Source: the human T2T-CHM13v2.0 reference genome, Homo sapiens. From it: a stretch of DNA of 64,000 nt. The DNA lies in NCBI RefSeq assembly GCF_009914755.1, contig NC_060939.1; one strand, 5' to 3'. The notes beneath the pieces were generated by a model that made no database searches, was not told the origin of the DNA, and saw only the letters and a program-made list of their open reading frames with translations. A program made the translations under genes and the position numbers. Below, one piece after another: positions 29,091-42,875 of the stretch (positions are counted from its first letter, which is position 1; every line of letters begins with the position of its first letter).

Positions 29091-30699
29091 ACTTTTTCCC
29101 TGAACATTCATGTACAGATGTACTCTTTATTTATGCACTTTCCTTCTGAAGGTCTGTTCTCTATGCCACACTTTAAGGACTCGTAACAAGTAAAAAATCT
29201 GTTTTCTACCTTCAAGGAGTTTGCATACCTAGTCAGGGGACAAGAAATTCAGAATGCTCAGATGAAGGTAAGACCGCATCTATGAAGGGGTCATGCCCAG
29301 AGCCTGTGGTCCTTGGCCCTTCAGCATCACTCGTGGAATCTTCTGCTTAGGAGAAAATGCGACCAGGCTGAGTTGTATGTTACCATTTGTATAAATGATT
29401 TAAGAGAAAGGAGGTATCAGTGTGGCAGAGAGCGCATGGCTTGATTTTTATTTGTTTTATTTTCAATTTAAATGCAGTGCATAAAAAAATCAAGGAGCAA
29501 TGTACAAGGAAGAAAGTCAAAATAATTGTTATTTTCATCCCCCAGAGATAAAATATTAGCAGTTTACTCTGTAACACCAGCATTTGTTTTTGCTTTCAAG
29601 TGGCATTTAAATGTTTAAGACAAAGAAACTGCTTTAACAAACCAAAAAAAAAAAACATTTTTTTTAAAATACTGCCACCCTGTTGGGGGAGAGGCGGCAT
29701 TTGCTGAGGTTATTCTTCTGAGAGGTCAGTGAATAGTAGGAGGTCTCCATTTCCTTATCACCAACTTGGGTGGTCTCTGGAGAATAGGGAACTGTTGTGT
29801 TCTAGAACCAAAAAGAATGAATCAAATAAAGGAAAACAAAAGTAAGAATGCATGCACCAAAGGCCAGAGACTCCTAGGCTGCAATCCAGTCTTACAAGGA
29901 ACCCCCCCACAGGAAGGATTCAGTAATTCTGGATAGGAACAACATATTTTCAATGGTTTTTGCAAGCATTCCTGAAGATGACAGTTCTTTCTTAACTTTA
30001 ACAGTAAGAAATATTTGCAGTGGAGCTGGTACAAGCTACAGAGAGAAGAAAGATCATCTCTCTGGGGATGCTAGGGGATGGTACAGAACCATCTCCAAAA
30101 AAGAAAGGGATCCAACTCCTGGAGGAAAGCAGGCCCTGTGGCATTACGTGGGAATAGAAAATAGAGTGGAAAAACACTCAGCTTAAAAAATCCAATGTAA
30201 ATAAACTAAAGGTGATTCCCAGACTGGAAACTGCATATAGTTAGGGACTTTATCTACACTTTCTACCACACCCCACATCCCGCATCGCCATTATCTACCC
30301 CAGTAGGTGACATAAAGTAGTGACTCATTGAATGGAATGCCTGTGTTTTCTGTAGCATTTTGTTTCTGGTTATACTGGGATTAGGGAAAGGACTTAGAAA
30401 CATACAACTGTCTCTGTCTAATCTGTCATCACAATTCTTGGCTCCAAATCATAATTCTGAGGCAGAAACTGCCCAGTGGCCTTCTGAGTGTTTCAAAAGC
30501 CAATACAAAGTAATGAAGCCATACATGACTCAGTAGAGCCTGTGATGACTCTGAACTTCAATCAGATCTTAAAATTCTTTGGTGAGCAGGACACAAACCA
30601 GAAAGATCCCAGATCCAGGCACTCAAACTGAAACGTTTCTTGATGTGTTTTCCTTGATGTTAAGAATGAAGAACCAACCTTTTTCGTTTTGTTTTTCAG

Positions 30700-30742
30700 A
30701 TCTTTTCCTAATAACTACTGGGACAAGTTTGTAAAGAGAAAG
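30700..30742 (+). CDS. RYR3: RYR3 exon (~95), (P)SFPNNYWDKFVKRK
   Basis: tttttcag| ... AAG|gtatgc; 43 nt; conserved NYWDKFVKRK. Confidence 0.95.
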
Positions 30743-31209
30743 GTATGCCTTGTTAGTGGGGGTGAGTTCCGTGATCACCAAAAAATGTGGTGTATGTTTT
30801 TTAAGTTCTCCACATACAAACATGAGTAAATGTGATGCTACTTTTATGATAATATCTCAAGAAGAGTAAGTCACAGAAGGGGTTGGATATGAACATAAGT
30901 AGGTTTTTGGCTTCATTCATATACTCATCTGCCTTAAACAAGTTAACACAGTCCTCATTGTTTTCTGCATAGTAGATGTTTTCTCCCCTGCAAATCAAGA
31001 TATCAGTATCAGCTTAAAAAACAGTTATCATTTAATTGTCTTCATTGCTTTTTTCTCTGGGTTTTCTCTTTTTTCTGCATTTTGAACTATGTCTTCATCT
31101 ACCCCTTGGAAGATTGCCCATAGGGCAGCAAAGCTCTGAAGACCCCAGAGCTAGAAAATATTTGGTGGTGGCGTGTGGCCTGAGCTCACCCTGTCATCCT
31201 TTGCTTCAG

Positions 31210-31337
31210 GTGATCAACAAGTATGGAGATCTCTACGGAGCAGAACGCATTGCTGAACTTCTGGGTTTGGACAAAAATGCTCTTGACTTTAGCCCAGTAG
31301 AAGAGACCAAAGCAGAAGCGGCTTCTCTGGTGTCATG
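31210..31337 (+). CDS. RYR3: RYR3 exon (~96), VINKYGDLYGAERIAELLG...AASLVS(W)
   Basis: gcttcag| ... TG|gtacaa (weak donor); 128 nt. Confidence 0.93.
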
Positions 31338-31566
31338 GTACAAAAAGCTTAGGAGTTCAAATCCAAAGCAGCTAAAATAGATAGATCTTTGCTTTTCCAT
31401 AGGAAAAAATCACAACCGTGTCTTTGTTCTCTCAGGCTGTGGTCTGGCTTAGGTGTTTCTTCTAGGTTCTAACACTGGGAGAGCACTGCCTTAAAAATTT
31501 GAAGACTAATACATTTTTATGCCCTATAGAGCTGAAAGATAAAGACTTAATTAAAATTTCAGGTTG

Positions 31567-31867
<301 letters not shown>

Positions 31868-32044
31868 TCAGGCTATGTGATTCAACTGTTCTCTTGTCTC
31901 ATGGGGAGCACATACAACTTGATAAAGCTGAGAGCCATATTTAGGTTATTAAACCTGAGAGAAAAAACTTACTTTTTCCCCCTTATTGAGCACTTAACTA
32001 CCTCTTGACATTTATAAGTTTTAAAATCACTTGTTCTTCTCTAG

Positions 32045-32105
32045 GCTAAGTTCCATAGACATGAAGTACCATATCTGGAAGCTTGGAGTTGTTTTTACTG
32101 ACAAC
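32045..32105 (+). CDS. RYR3: RYR3 exon (~97), (W)LSSIDMKYHIWKLGVVFTDN
   Basis: ttctctag| ... AAC|gtaagt; 61 nt. Confidence 0.95.
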
Positions 32106-32421
32106 GTAAGTACTGCACCTGGAAAAACAAAATTCTATACCCCAGTTCAGGGATGCCACAGAGAAGCAAGCTATGCAGGATGCTCAGAAGGGTTCAGGGA
32201 TTGCTTATCAAAGACCAAGAGCCTTATACGTGCTGGGAGAACACTTATACAATGGTATAAGGTAGATGGGGCTCACTTAGCAGATCTTGGGCCAGCTCAC
32301 AGCACCTCAGCACCTAAACCCCCTCTATCCTCAGTGTGTCCCCCAAAATAAGAAAAAATGTTTTATAATGAGCACATTATGAGGCAAACATGCTTAAAAG
32401 TCTGCTTTCTTCCATTCCCAG

Positions 32422-32568
32422 TCCTTTCTCTACCTTGCCTGGTATACAACCATGTCAGTCCTGGGCCACTACAATAACTTCTTCTTTGCTGCTCACCTAT
32501 TGGACATCGCAATGGGCTTCAAGACACTGAGGACCATTCTGTCATCTGTAACTCACAATGGCAAACAG
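32422..32568 (+). CDS. RYR3: RYR3 exon (~98), S3-S4 and S4-S5 linker, SFLYLAWY...SSVTHNGKQ
   Basis: ttcccag| ... CAG|gtatgg; 147 nt. Confidence 0.96.
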
Positions 32569-32860
32569 GTATGGTTTCTACTGATGCAGAACAGAATGGA
32601 CCTGTATATGCACAGGAAAAAAAGAACAGCAGGTAGTATACAGTATATGACAGGAAGGAATATGTCTTGGTATATAATGTACTTTTCTTGGCCAAACACT
32701 TCAACTAATGGTGATTGTTTTTGCAAAATTGTAGCCAATTAAAAATGTAACTGCAACCATCATCTAAAAAGCATAAGACCTTGATTCAGTGACCCCTGAC
32801 ATTTAGATCAACCAGGAGAGGGAGGGAGGTGATGGACATGTCAGAATGACCTTGGAGATC

Positions 32861-33223
<363 letters not shown>

Positions 33224-34240
33224 TAGACATACTGTACACAGAAAACTCCCCAGGTATTTCTGATATCTGCATCCAATTAAGAGCCAATGATTTCAGATAC
33301 ACACACACATATGTATATGGTTGTTATACACATAGTACACATTTTATGTGTGTATATACATTATATAGTTAATACATATTATATAGTTAATATATAATCA
33401 AGAAATTGACTCTGACAATATATGGAAGACTGGATATTGATGAGACTGGATATAGCAACGGCTATAACCATATTAAAATCTTCTAATGGCTTCTCCTTGT
33501 ATACAGATTCAAACTGTTTAGCATTTCATTCCTCATTAAGTACAAGTCTGTGTATGACAGACAGGCTTCCTCACATGTCCAAACCTTTGTACGGGAGAGG
33601 GAGAAAAGACGGAAGTTACAGTGTGCCAAGCTCATGCCGTGTCCCAGTTACTGTGACAGCCTCACAACTACCTGGTAAGGCACACGTTAAGCTCACTTTA
33701 CAGATAAGAGAACTGAGGCTCAGAGCAGCTAAATGTCTCACCCAAGACCACACAGCTGCTAAGTGGCAGAGCGTAGATTCACCCCCTTTTCTTCCCTGAT
33801 GCAAAGTCCAAGTTCTTTCTCTTTTTTTTCCTAAACCACCTGCTTTCTGTGAGGTCTGCTCTCCAAGGTTTGAGTCACTATTCTTCCCTCAAGTCTGCTG
33901 AATACATTTCCTCTGGTGCTGATCTTCACACTTACCCACTCCCTTTTGTGTGGCTCCTTGAAGGCAAAGCTCTGATCCTGTTGATCTTCCTATCTCCCAG
34001 CTCAATGCCTAGTCCTTGAGAGAGGTCAGATGTGCAGGTCCTGTGTACTCCTCACTTAAGCCAGTGAACTCTCACTCCTAAAGCCTGGAAGTAAGCGTGC
34101 CCTAGGACACTGCAAAGGGCCTGGGCAGAATTCTCTGTAATAAAAAGTGTGACTCAGCTCCACCATCATAATTCTTAGAGTAACTTCAAAGTTGTGACAA
34201 TTATCCAGTGCATGATTATTTATGAAATAGTATAAGGTAG

Positions 34241-34584
<344 letters not shown>

Positions 34585-34755
34585 TGGGGTTTTTTAAGCA
34601 GCAGCATTAGAGTAGAACCTACATTGTGAAGCCTCAGGTAACAGCTAGCTCTGTATGAACAATAACAAAACACAATGTATCCCTCCTCACAGCACCTGCA
34701 CTATTCAATACTTAAGTTCCTTTATATTTTACTTACGCCCAATCTAATGCCCTAT

Positions 34756-35170
34756 ACATTAGTCTGCTTGGGCTGCCAGAACGAAGTACTACAGACTGCT
34801 ATTTTGTTAAACAACAGAAATGTCTTTTCGACAGTTCTGGAGGCGGTAAGTCAGTCCAGTATCATGGTGCCGGCAGCGTTGGTCTCCTCAGGGGCCTCTC
34901 TGTGGCTGTAGACAGCACCCTCTCGCTGCCGCTTCCCCTGACCGTCCCTTCACGTGTGCCTGTGTCTAGCCTCTCTCTCTGTGTCTCCAACTCCTTTTCT
35001 TCTAAGGATGCCGGTGAGATTGGTTGCGGGCCCATCTTAACAACCTCAGTTTAACTTACTCACCTCTTTGAAGGCTGTATCTCCATCTCCAAATACAGTC
35101 ACATTCTGAGGTACTGGAGGCCAGGACCTCAGCATATGAATTTGAAGGGACACAATTCAGCCCCCAACAC
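34756..35170 (-). mobile_element. MLT1A/B-type MaLR LTR
   Basis: ttagtctgcttgggctgcc ... tccaaatacagtcacattctgaggtactgg ... cacaattcagccc. Confidence 0.8.
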
Positions 35171-35398
35171 CCCATCATTACTCTTTTCTGCCAGGAAGCC
35201 CGCTTCTCTTTACCTGTGGTGCCATCTTTCCTCCTCTGCTCATGGCCTGATAGCTTTCTTAGCCGCCCTCCACCCCTTCCCCATTTCCTCTCCTTGCCCG
35301 TCCTCACTCTTCCTCCTCGTTTTCTTAGAGTCTCCTGTGAACCTTTCAAGGTAGAGAAGACCCCACTCCTTTTCCTTTCTCTGTCCTCTCATTCCCAG

Positions 35399-35533
35399 TT
35401 GGTTCTGACTGTCGGTCTCCTGGCCGTGGTGGTTTATCTCTATACTGTGGTGGCTTTCAACTTCTTCCGCAAGTTCTACAACAAAAGCGAAGACGATGAC
35501 GAGCCCGATATGAAGTGCGACGACATGATGACG
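35399..35533 (+). CDS. RYR3: RYR3 exon (~99), S5 and luminal loop, [27 protein letters not shown]...CDDMMT
   Basis: attcccag| ... ACG|gtgaga; 135 nt. Confidence 0.96.
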
Positions 35534-35538
35534 GTGAG

Positions 35539-35579
35539 AGCCCACCCACTGCGGGGCCAGCCCACCCACTGCGGGGCCA
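35539..35579. repeat. Perfect 20-bp tandem duplication
   Basis: agcccacccactgcggggcc x2. Confidence 0.95.
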
Positions 35580-35827
35580 CCCCGCCCCACCACCTCACTG
35601 GGAAGAAGGGCTGTGTGGGGGTGCTCTTGAGAACTGTAGAGTTAGTTACAGAGCACAGCAGAGATTAAAGTAGAAGACAGATGTCTTCTCCAAACAGGAG
35701 AGTGTCCTGGGAAGACAGAAGTGATGGAGGTAGTTTTCATTACCACACATCTAAGCCCCGTGGAAAGGGAAGCACCCTGCACAGTGGCGTCATCATTCAT
35801 CTATTTCCGGGGTAAAGATGAGACATT

Positions 35828-36125
<298 letters not shown>

Positions 36126-36186
36126 AAGATGAGACATTATTATGAATGAAACCAGTGTCTAAATTTCATGGAAGTTGAGCTTTGAT

Positions 36187-36249
36187 CATCGTCTCTCAGA
36201 ACAGAGAGCAAAGTCCCATCGTCTCTCAGAACAGAGAGCAAAGTCCCAT
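36187..36249. repeat. Perfect 30-bp tandem duplication
   Basis: catcgtctctcagaacagagagcaaagtcc x2. Confidence 0.95.
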
Positions 36250-37223
36250 GGACCGGGATTAAGCACTTGATTTATTTCAGCAAGCCAGTCGGAGGTTCTT
36301 TGCGGACAGCCAGCAGCAGGATCAGGTTGGAGGTGGGGAGGGGGAGTCCCGTCAGGCCAGATCTTCGTGAGAAAAAAGGCACTGCCCAGAGTAAGCCAGC
36401 TTGGCTGCAGCAACATCGCCAGTTTATTTTGACCAGATTTCAGAAAAAGAATCTGTGTCTCAGGGACAGGGGACAGTGAAATGCCCAGTCTGTGAGCATC
36501 TCCATAAAAGAGGTAACACTTCTTGACGAAAAACTCTCCATGTGCTTTCTCGGGCCAAGCACCGTCATGAGACAGCAATCCTAGCCCCTAGAGTACTGGC
36601 ATGACCAGCGTGTCTTCAGGCTGCCCCTGGCTTTTGATTTTCCAGGTGTAAGACGGTCCTTTCTCTGTGAGTCTAATCAACCCATCAGGTGGAGAGACAG
36701 AGGGTGCCCTGCTCAGGGAGCCCGTGCCTAGATTGGCTCAAACCTGCAGAACAGGAGGAGCAGAAAAGTCCATTACCTTTGACCTTCCTGCTGCAGGAAT
36801 CCCTGCCCTACCAGGTGTAAGGGGAATGTGGATGAAGAAGAGGGGGGACCTTTTTGCAGTTTATAGCACAGCCTGAAGGCCAGGCTAACACTCTTAAAAT
36901 TAAATGAGGAAAAATTATTATATGGCATAGGCCATACTCATCAAGGCTTAAAGATCTTTTAACTTACATACACCTTTAATGGGCCTAAAAATACCTTTTA
37001 AAAGCCTAAATGTAACGACAGTCTTTCCATCTTTGTAGATATCAAACTGTCCAGAGGGTGCAGTGGACAGCAGCTAGCAGCATGAATACTGGCACCTCTG
37101 AAGAGTTCCCCTCTCCTGGCTTAGGGCTGCCACAATCTGACCGAATCATATGAATGATCTGAGCATCTTGCTAAAAACAGAACTGTGACTTTTGCCTAAA
37201 TCCCCCTTATTTTTCTTCTCTAG

Positions 37224-37380
37224 TGTTACCTTTTCCACATGTACGTGGGAGTGAGAGCAGGAGGTGGCATTGGTGATGAAATTGAAGACCCTGCTGGTGA
37301 TCCTTATGAAATGTATCGCATTGTCTTTGACATTACCTTTTTCTTCTTCGTCATTGTCATCTTGCTGGCCATCATTCAAG
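37224..37380 (+). CDS. RYR3: RYR3 exon (~100): pore helix, GGGIGD selectivity filter, S6
   Basis: ttctctag| ... AAG|gtatga; 157 nt; [12 protein letters not shown] signature. Confidence 0.97.
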
Positions 37381-38243
37381 GTATGATTGCCAATTGTGTT
37401 GAGTATGAACAGGGTTTAATCTAGTTCTTTTTGCTTTCTTCCATCTATGACTTAATTGGTTTATGAAGAAGCGTGTGAATTCATTTACTTGTTAATTTAG
37501 CAAGAACTAATTTAGCATCTACTATACCTGAGGCTTTGGCTATATATAAAGCCAAATACACACCCAGGCACAGTTATAAGAAGCTTCATCCATACAGAGG
37601 AACCCCTTCCTTCTGTTCCTCTACTCTGAATTATTTACTCCTCACTTCTGCTTCTGAGATCTCTCCTGTGGCTAGTCTTGTCCTCTTCATTTTCTTCCCA
37701 GAGAGGGAGGTAGGGTAGGAGCAGAGGAGCTGGACAGTGCAGGGGAGGGGAGGGAAAGAATGATATTTTAGTCAACAGCTTGTCAAGATTGGAGAAAGAT
37801 GATAAATTTAGCTTGAGTCATGCTGAGTGGAGGAACCTGTAAGACATGCAGGTGTTGAGGGCTAAGAAGTGAAGTAACTGAGGAGGAACCCTGATCCACC
37901 TCAGTGTCAGAGGTGCTAGGAGAAGAGGGAGAGCCTATCACACAGACTGAACACAAATAGCTAAGCAAAATAGGAGACCAACCAGGGAGAAGTAGAGAGG
38001 AAAGAGTTTCAGGGAGGAGCAAGTAGTTAACAGCACTGCATGGTGTAGAAAGGTAGAGTTAGGAGGAACAATGAGAAATTGTTAGCCAGGATGTAACACA
38101 AAGAAACACGAGTATTATTTTTCTAATTTTGCTTTGATAATTCACTTTTTTTTTTTAACAGAACAAAGTAGCTTCTTCCTTTATCATTCCTCTACCCCTG
38201 AACCACTACACAGATTGCTTTGTCATTGTATTTAACATTCCAG

Positions 38244-38308
38244 GTCTTATTATTGATGCTTTCGGAGAGCTAAGAGACCAGCAGGAACAAGTACGAGAAG
38301 ATATGGAG
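38244..38308 (+). CDS. RYR3: RYR3 exon (~101), (G)[21 protein letters not shown] (gate, cytosolic S6)
   Basis: attccag| ... GAG|gtaatg; 65 nt. Confidence 0.96.
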
Positions 38309-38544
38309 GTAATGTTACTCTAACTACTAATCCCAGCTCTATTTTAATATCCCCAGAAGCAAATAGATTTTTTAAACAATAGGTTTTACTATTACTTAGG
38401 GCCAGTACTAAGCAAGAACGCAGTTTGTTTTCCATGCCCTGTTCTCTGCACCCTGCCATACCCCTGCCAGGCCGGCCACTCTGCTGCCTCCTCCACTGTC
38501 CCACAATAGGAGGGAGCAGTATCCTCAGCTAATCAGGAGCTAAG

Positions 38545-38614
38545 TGTATGGCACTACTGAGTGAATGACTAATAGCCAATGTATGGCACTACTGAGTGAA
38601 TGACTAATAGCCAA
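38545..38614. repeat. Perfect 35-bp tandem duplication
   Basis: tgtatggcactactgagtgaatgactaatagccaa x2. Confidence 0.95.
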
Positions 38615-38726
38615 AAGCATTAGAAAGAAAGTTTTCATTATCCTTCAATTCGATAGAATCATGACAGTTTTCTCTCCTGCCTATATTATGCCAACAAATG
38701 CCTTTTCTGCCTGTTATTTTTCTTAG

Positions 38727-38828
<102 letters not shown>

Positions 38829-39463
38829 TGAGTATTCTTGGTTAACAAAAGTAATGGCAGCTGTAGCGTAAATAAAGCCAATTAGGTCATATAGTTCAGT
38901 CTCTGCTGGAAAAAGAGTAACCAGAAAGGAACTTCCAGGAGTCCCCATGAGCCTGTACCTTTGTCCATAGACTCTGTCTCTCCCATGTGTGATAGACGTG
39001 TGTTGTGGACAATTCCCGCTCCTAGCAAAAGGCCAGCCCCTCAACCTGTGATTGGATTCCATCCGGGACACATACCTCCAGCAATTTCTCTTTCTCTACT
39101 GGACTTCTTCTATCACCATATAAATATGCTTTTTTTTTTTTTAATCCTAAACAAAGAAAAATCTGTGGCCCCACTTTTACTTCCAACTATTGCCCTACTT
39201 CTTTTTCCCTTTCAGCACAATTGAAAGCTGTCCATGCTCAGTCACTGTCTTCAATTTTTCTCTTTTCATTCTCCTGTGAACCTCCTACTGGCAGGCTTTC
39301 CTCCCACTACATCATAATATTGGGTCTTGTCAAAGGGGCCTGTAACCTGCATGTTGCTAAATTCTGTGTTCAGTTTTCAGGCCTCATCATGTCTGTCTTT
39401 TCTCATTAATAGCTAAGCCCCATGACCTGGGATATTTTTGGGCATGTCTGTTTTCATACTGCC

Positions 39464-39572
39464 TTTTTTTGTTTTTGTTGGCCAGGCTGGTCTTGAACTC
39501 CTGACCTCAGGTGATCTGCCTGCCTCGGCCTCTCAGTGCTAGGATTACAGGTGTGAGCCACTGTGCCCAGCC
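39464..39572 (-). mobile_element. Short Alu: first ~100 nt plus A tail
   Basis: TSD tcatactgc on both sides. Confidence 0.85.
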
Positions 39573-39875
39573 TCATACTGCTTTATCCCAGTACCTAGAA
39601 CAATGCCTGGCACCCAGTAGGCAACTAATAAGTGTTTCACTTATTCTACGGTAAAGCATTCACTGAATAACAAGTTACTTGAACCTATTGGGTGCTAGGG
39701 ACTTCCTATAAAACTTAAAACAGAATGTATAGAGTGTATAGATTTTATTACCTGATAACTCAGACCCTGTAACTGTTCATTTACAAGAAAAAAAATAAAA
39801 TGCTGGGCTCTGCTCCCCAGCCTAGCTCTTCCCCCTTCTCTCTCTATTTTGTAGCTTAGAGAGTCCTCATCTTTC

Positions 39876-40565
<690 letters not shown>

Positions 40566-41786
40566 TCAAAAACTTGAGTTTTAAAAAGATAACTTTACTG
40601 TGCCCTTCCTCATGAGTATTTATCATCAATTCCCATTAAGAGAATATACATCTTAATGGAGGTTAATGAGCCCATGGCCACGTGTCAGTACCCATGGGTT
40701 ATAGACCAGTGGAAGGATGCTGTCCTTTGGGTTGGAACCCCTTCTGTGCCTTCCCATGGCACTGTTACACTGGTCTCTTTCCTATCTCTATCCCCTCTAG
40801 GAGCAAGCTTGAGGGGAAAGAACCCAATTTTATTCGTGTTTGAGCCTCCCACCTAAAATGGTGCTTTGTTAAATAAATGTGCTGGGCAAGGAATGATGTC
40901 CTCAGCCCCTAAGTATCAAACAGGATAAAGAGATTAACCCTACTGTCTTTCTCAGTAAATGAGAAGCGGAAAGGCAGTGAACATACTTAGAGCTGCTACT
41001 GTGGGCCAGGACCTGACGCTCTATACACTATACCACCATGACAGAACTCAAGATCTGGGGCTTAGACTCTCCACCCTCAGAAGGACATAATTTCTACTTT
41101 CTCATATCACCAACTTCACAATCCTTTTCCGGAAGGGCAAGAGCCTGGTTCCTTTGGAAACGGTCTCTGAGATCATATAATGTGAGCTGAGAGTTCAGCC
41201 CCTGCCCCCTGGGATACTTATGTGTCACAGACAAACTCAAACCTAAGATATGGATCACAGAGCAAGTGAAACTACACTGGCATTCCCGCAGCTATTTATG
41301 ATGAAAACAAAACTATAGTTCTGGAAGAATCTCCATGAGATTAAATACTTTCTAACTTTTCCATGACAGATATTCTTGAGACACACACATAATTAATTTC
41401 AATTCAATTCTACATTTTTATGAGATGATAAATGGCCTGTTAAATATTCTATGGTAAGAATTTGGGCTACCATTTTATTGTTTTATTAGAATTTTGTTAA
41501 CAATAAAATGGTGGCCAAAATGCTACCTTGCAAGTGATCTTACTTAGTTCAAGGTATAGGGATGGCAAAAAGCATCTCTCCTCACAAAGTGGCTAATTTT
41601 GAGATTCATGTGTGCTACTATTAGAAAATGATGGTTTGTGTCCTTATGCCACACTTCCCTGATCATTTAAGTCACTGTAGATAGCGTGGGACCAACTAGC
41701 CTTTCTGAGCCCTGATCACAGTTAATCCATGGGAATGAACTTGGGTCTTGACCAGAGTACCTAATACTATCTTTTCCTCGTTCCAG

Positions 41787-41838
41787 GTTCTTTCTGATGT
41801 ATTTGATTAATAAAGATGAAACAGAGCACACGGGTCAG
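41787..41838 (+). CDS. RYR3: RYR3 exon (~103), (L)FFLMYLINKDETEHTGQ
   Basis: gttccag| ... CAG|gtgaga; 52 nt. Confidence 0.96.
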
Positions 41839-42731
41839 GTGAGAAATTAAGAATCATATACCCGTGTTAGATCTCCCTTTCCTAAATCTTGAGACTTAGT
41901 AGGGCATAGGTTATCTGAAATACATACATGGCCCCATTAATCCCGTGAATGCATTTTCCCATCACCTTTTTGTGACTCAATAAGAAGCCAAAGTCCTCCT
42001 GTTTATCCTTCCCAACAAACACTGACATTTTCTAAATGCTTATAGCTACTGCTTCAGACTAGAAGAGCTGGAGGTGGGGAGAACATTACAGAGACAATAT
42101 GAAATAAGAAATTGTCTGACAATAAGAAATGGAGTGGGTGGCTGCAACAAAGAGCAGAAAAATCAGAGTACAACGGAGTGAGAGACAGGCTAAGAAAGAT
42201 AACGACCTCATGTGTGGGTGACACAGGAGCCTGGAGGTGTGCATGTGAGAGGATGAGTGAAAGGATGTGTCAAATTTTGTGACTAAATGTGAAAAAGAAA
42301 TGGAAAGGTAGAGAACAAGGGAGGAAAAAGTCAGTTATCAAATATTCAAACATCATTGGCTTTGTAGGAAAACTTTACAGTTCACTCATTCAATGGGAGA
42401 GGTACCTGGTTTCCAGCTCTGGATTCAGCATGCAATAAACGTTCCCTCAAGCATTCCTCCGTCTTCCACCAGCGGCATGGAATCAGCTTATTGCTAAATC
42501 TTTAAGTATGTTTAGTGGCAAACATTGATTGGTTTCAGTTTTGCTTGTTTGGGGCAGAGGGGGATTTTTCTCCTTCCCTGCCAGCATGTGTCAGAGAGAC
42601 ATGGCTTCTTGCTTCCCAAACAGCCTGTGCTGGGAATAGAGCAAGAATGAATGTGCAGGTTTGGCCTCATATAAATTCACATCAGTCTTCCTAAAGGGAG
42701 CCACAAAGAACAAAAACAAACTGGGTTTTAG

Positions 42732-42875
<144 letters not shown>

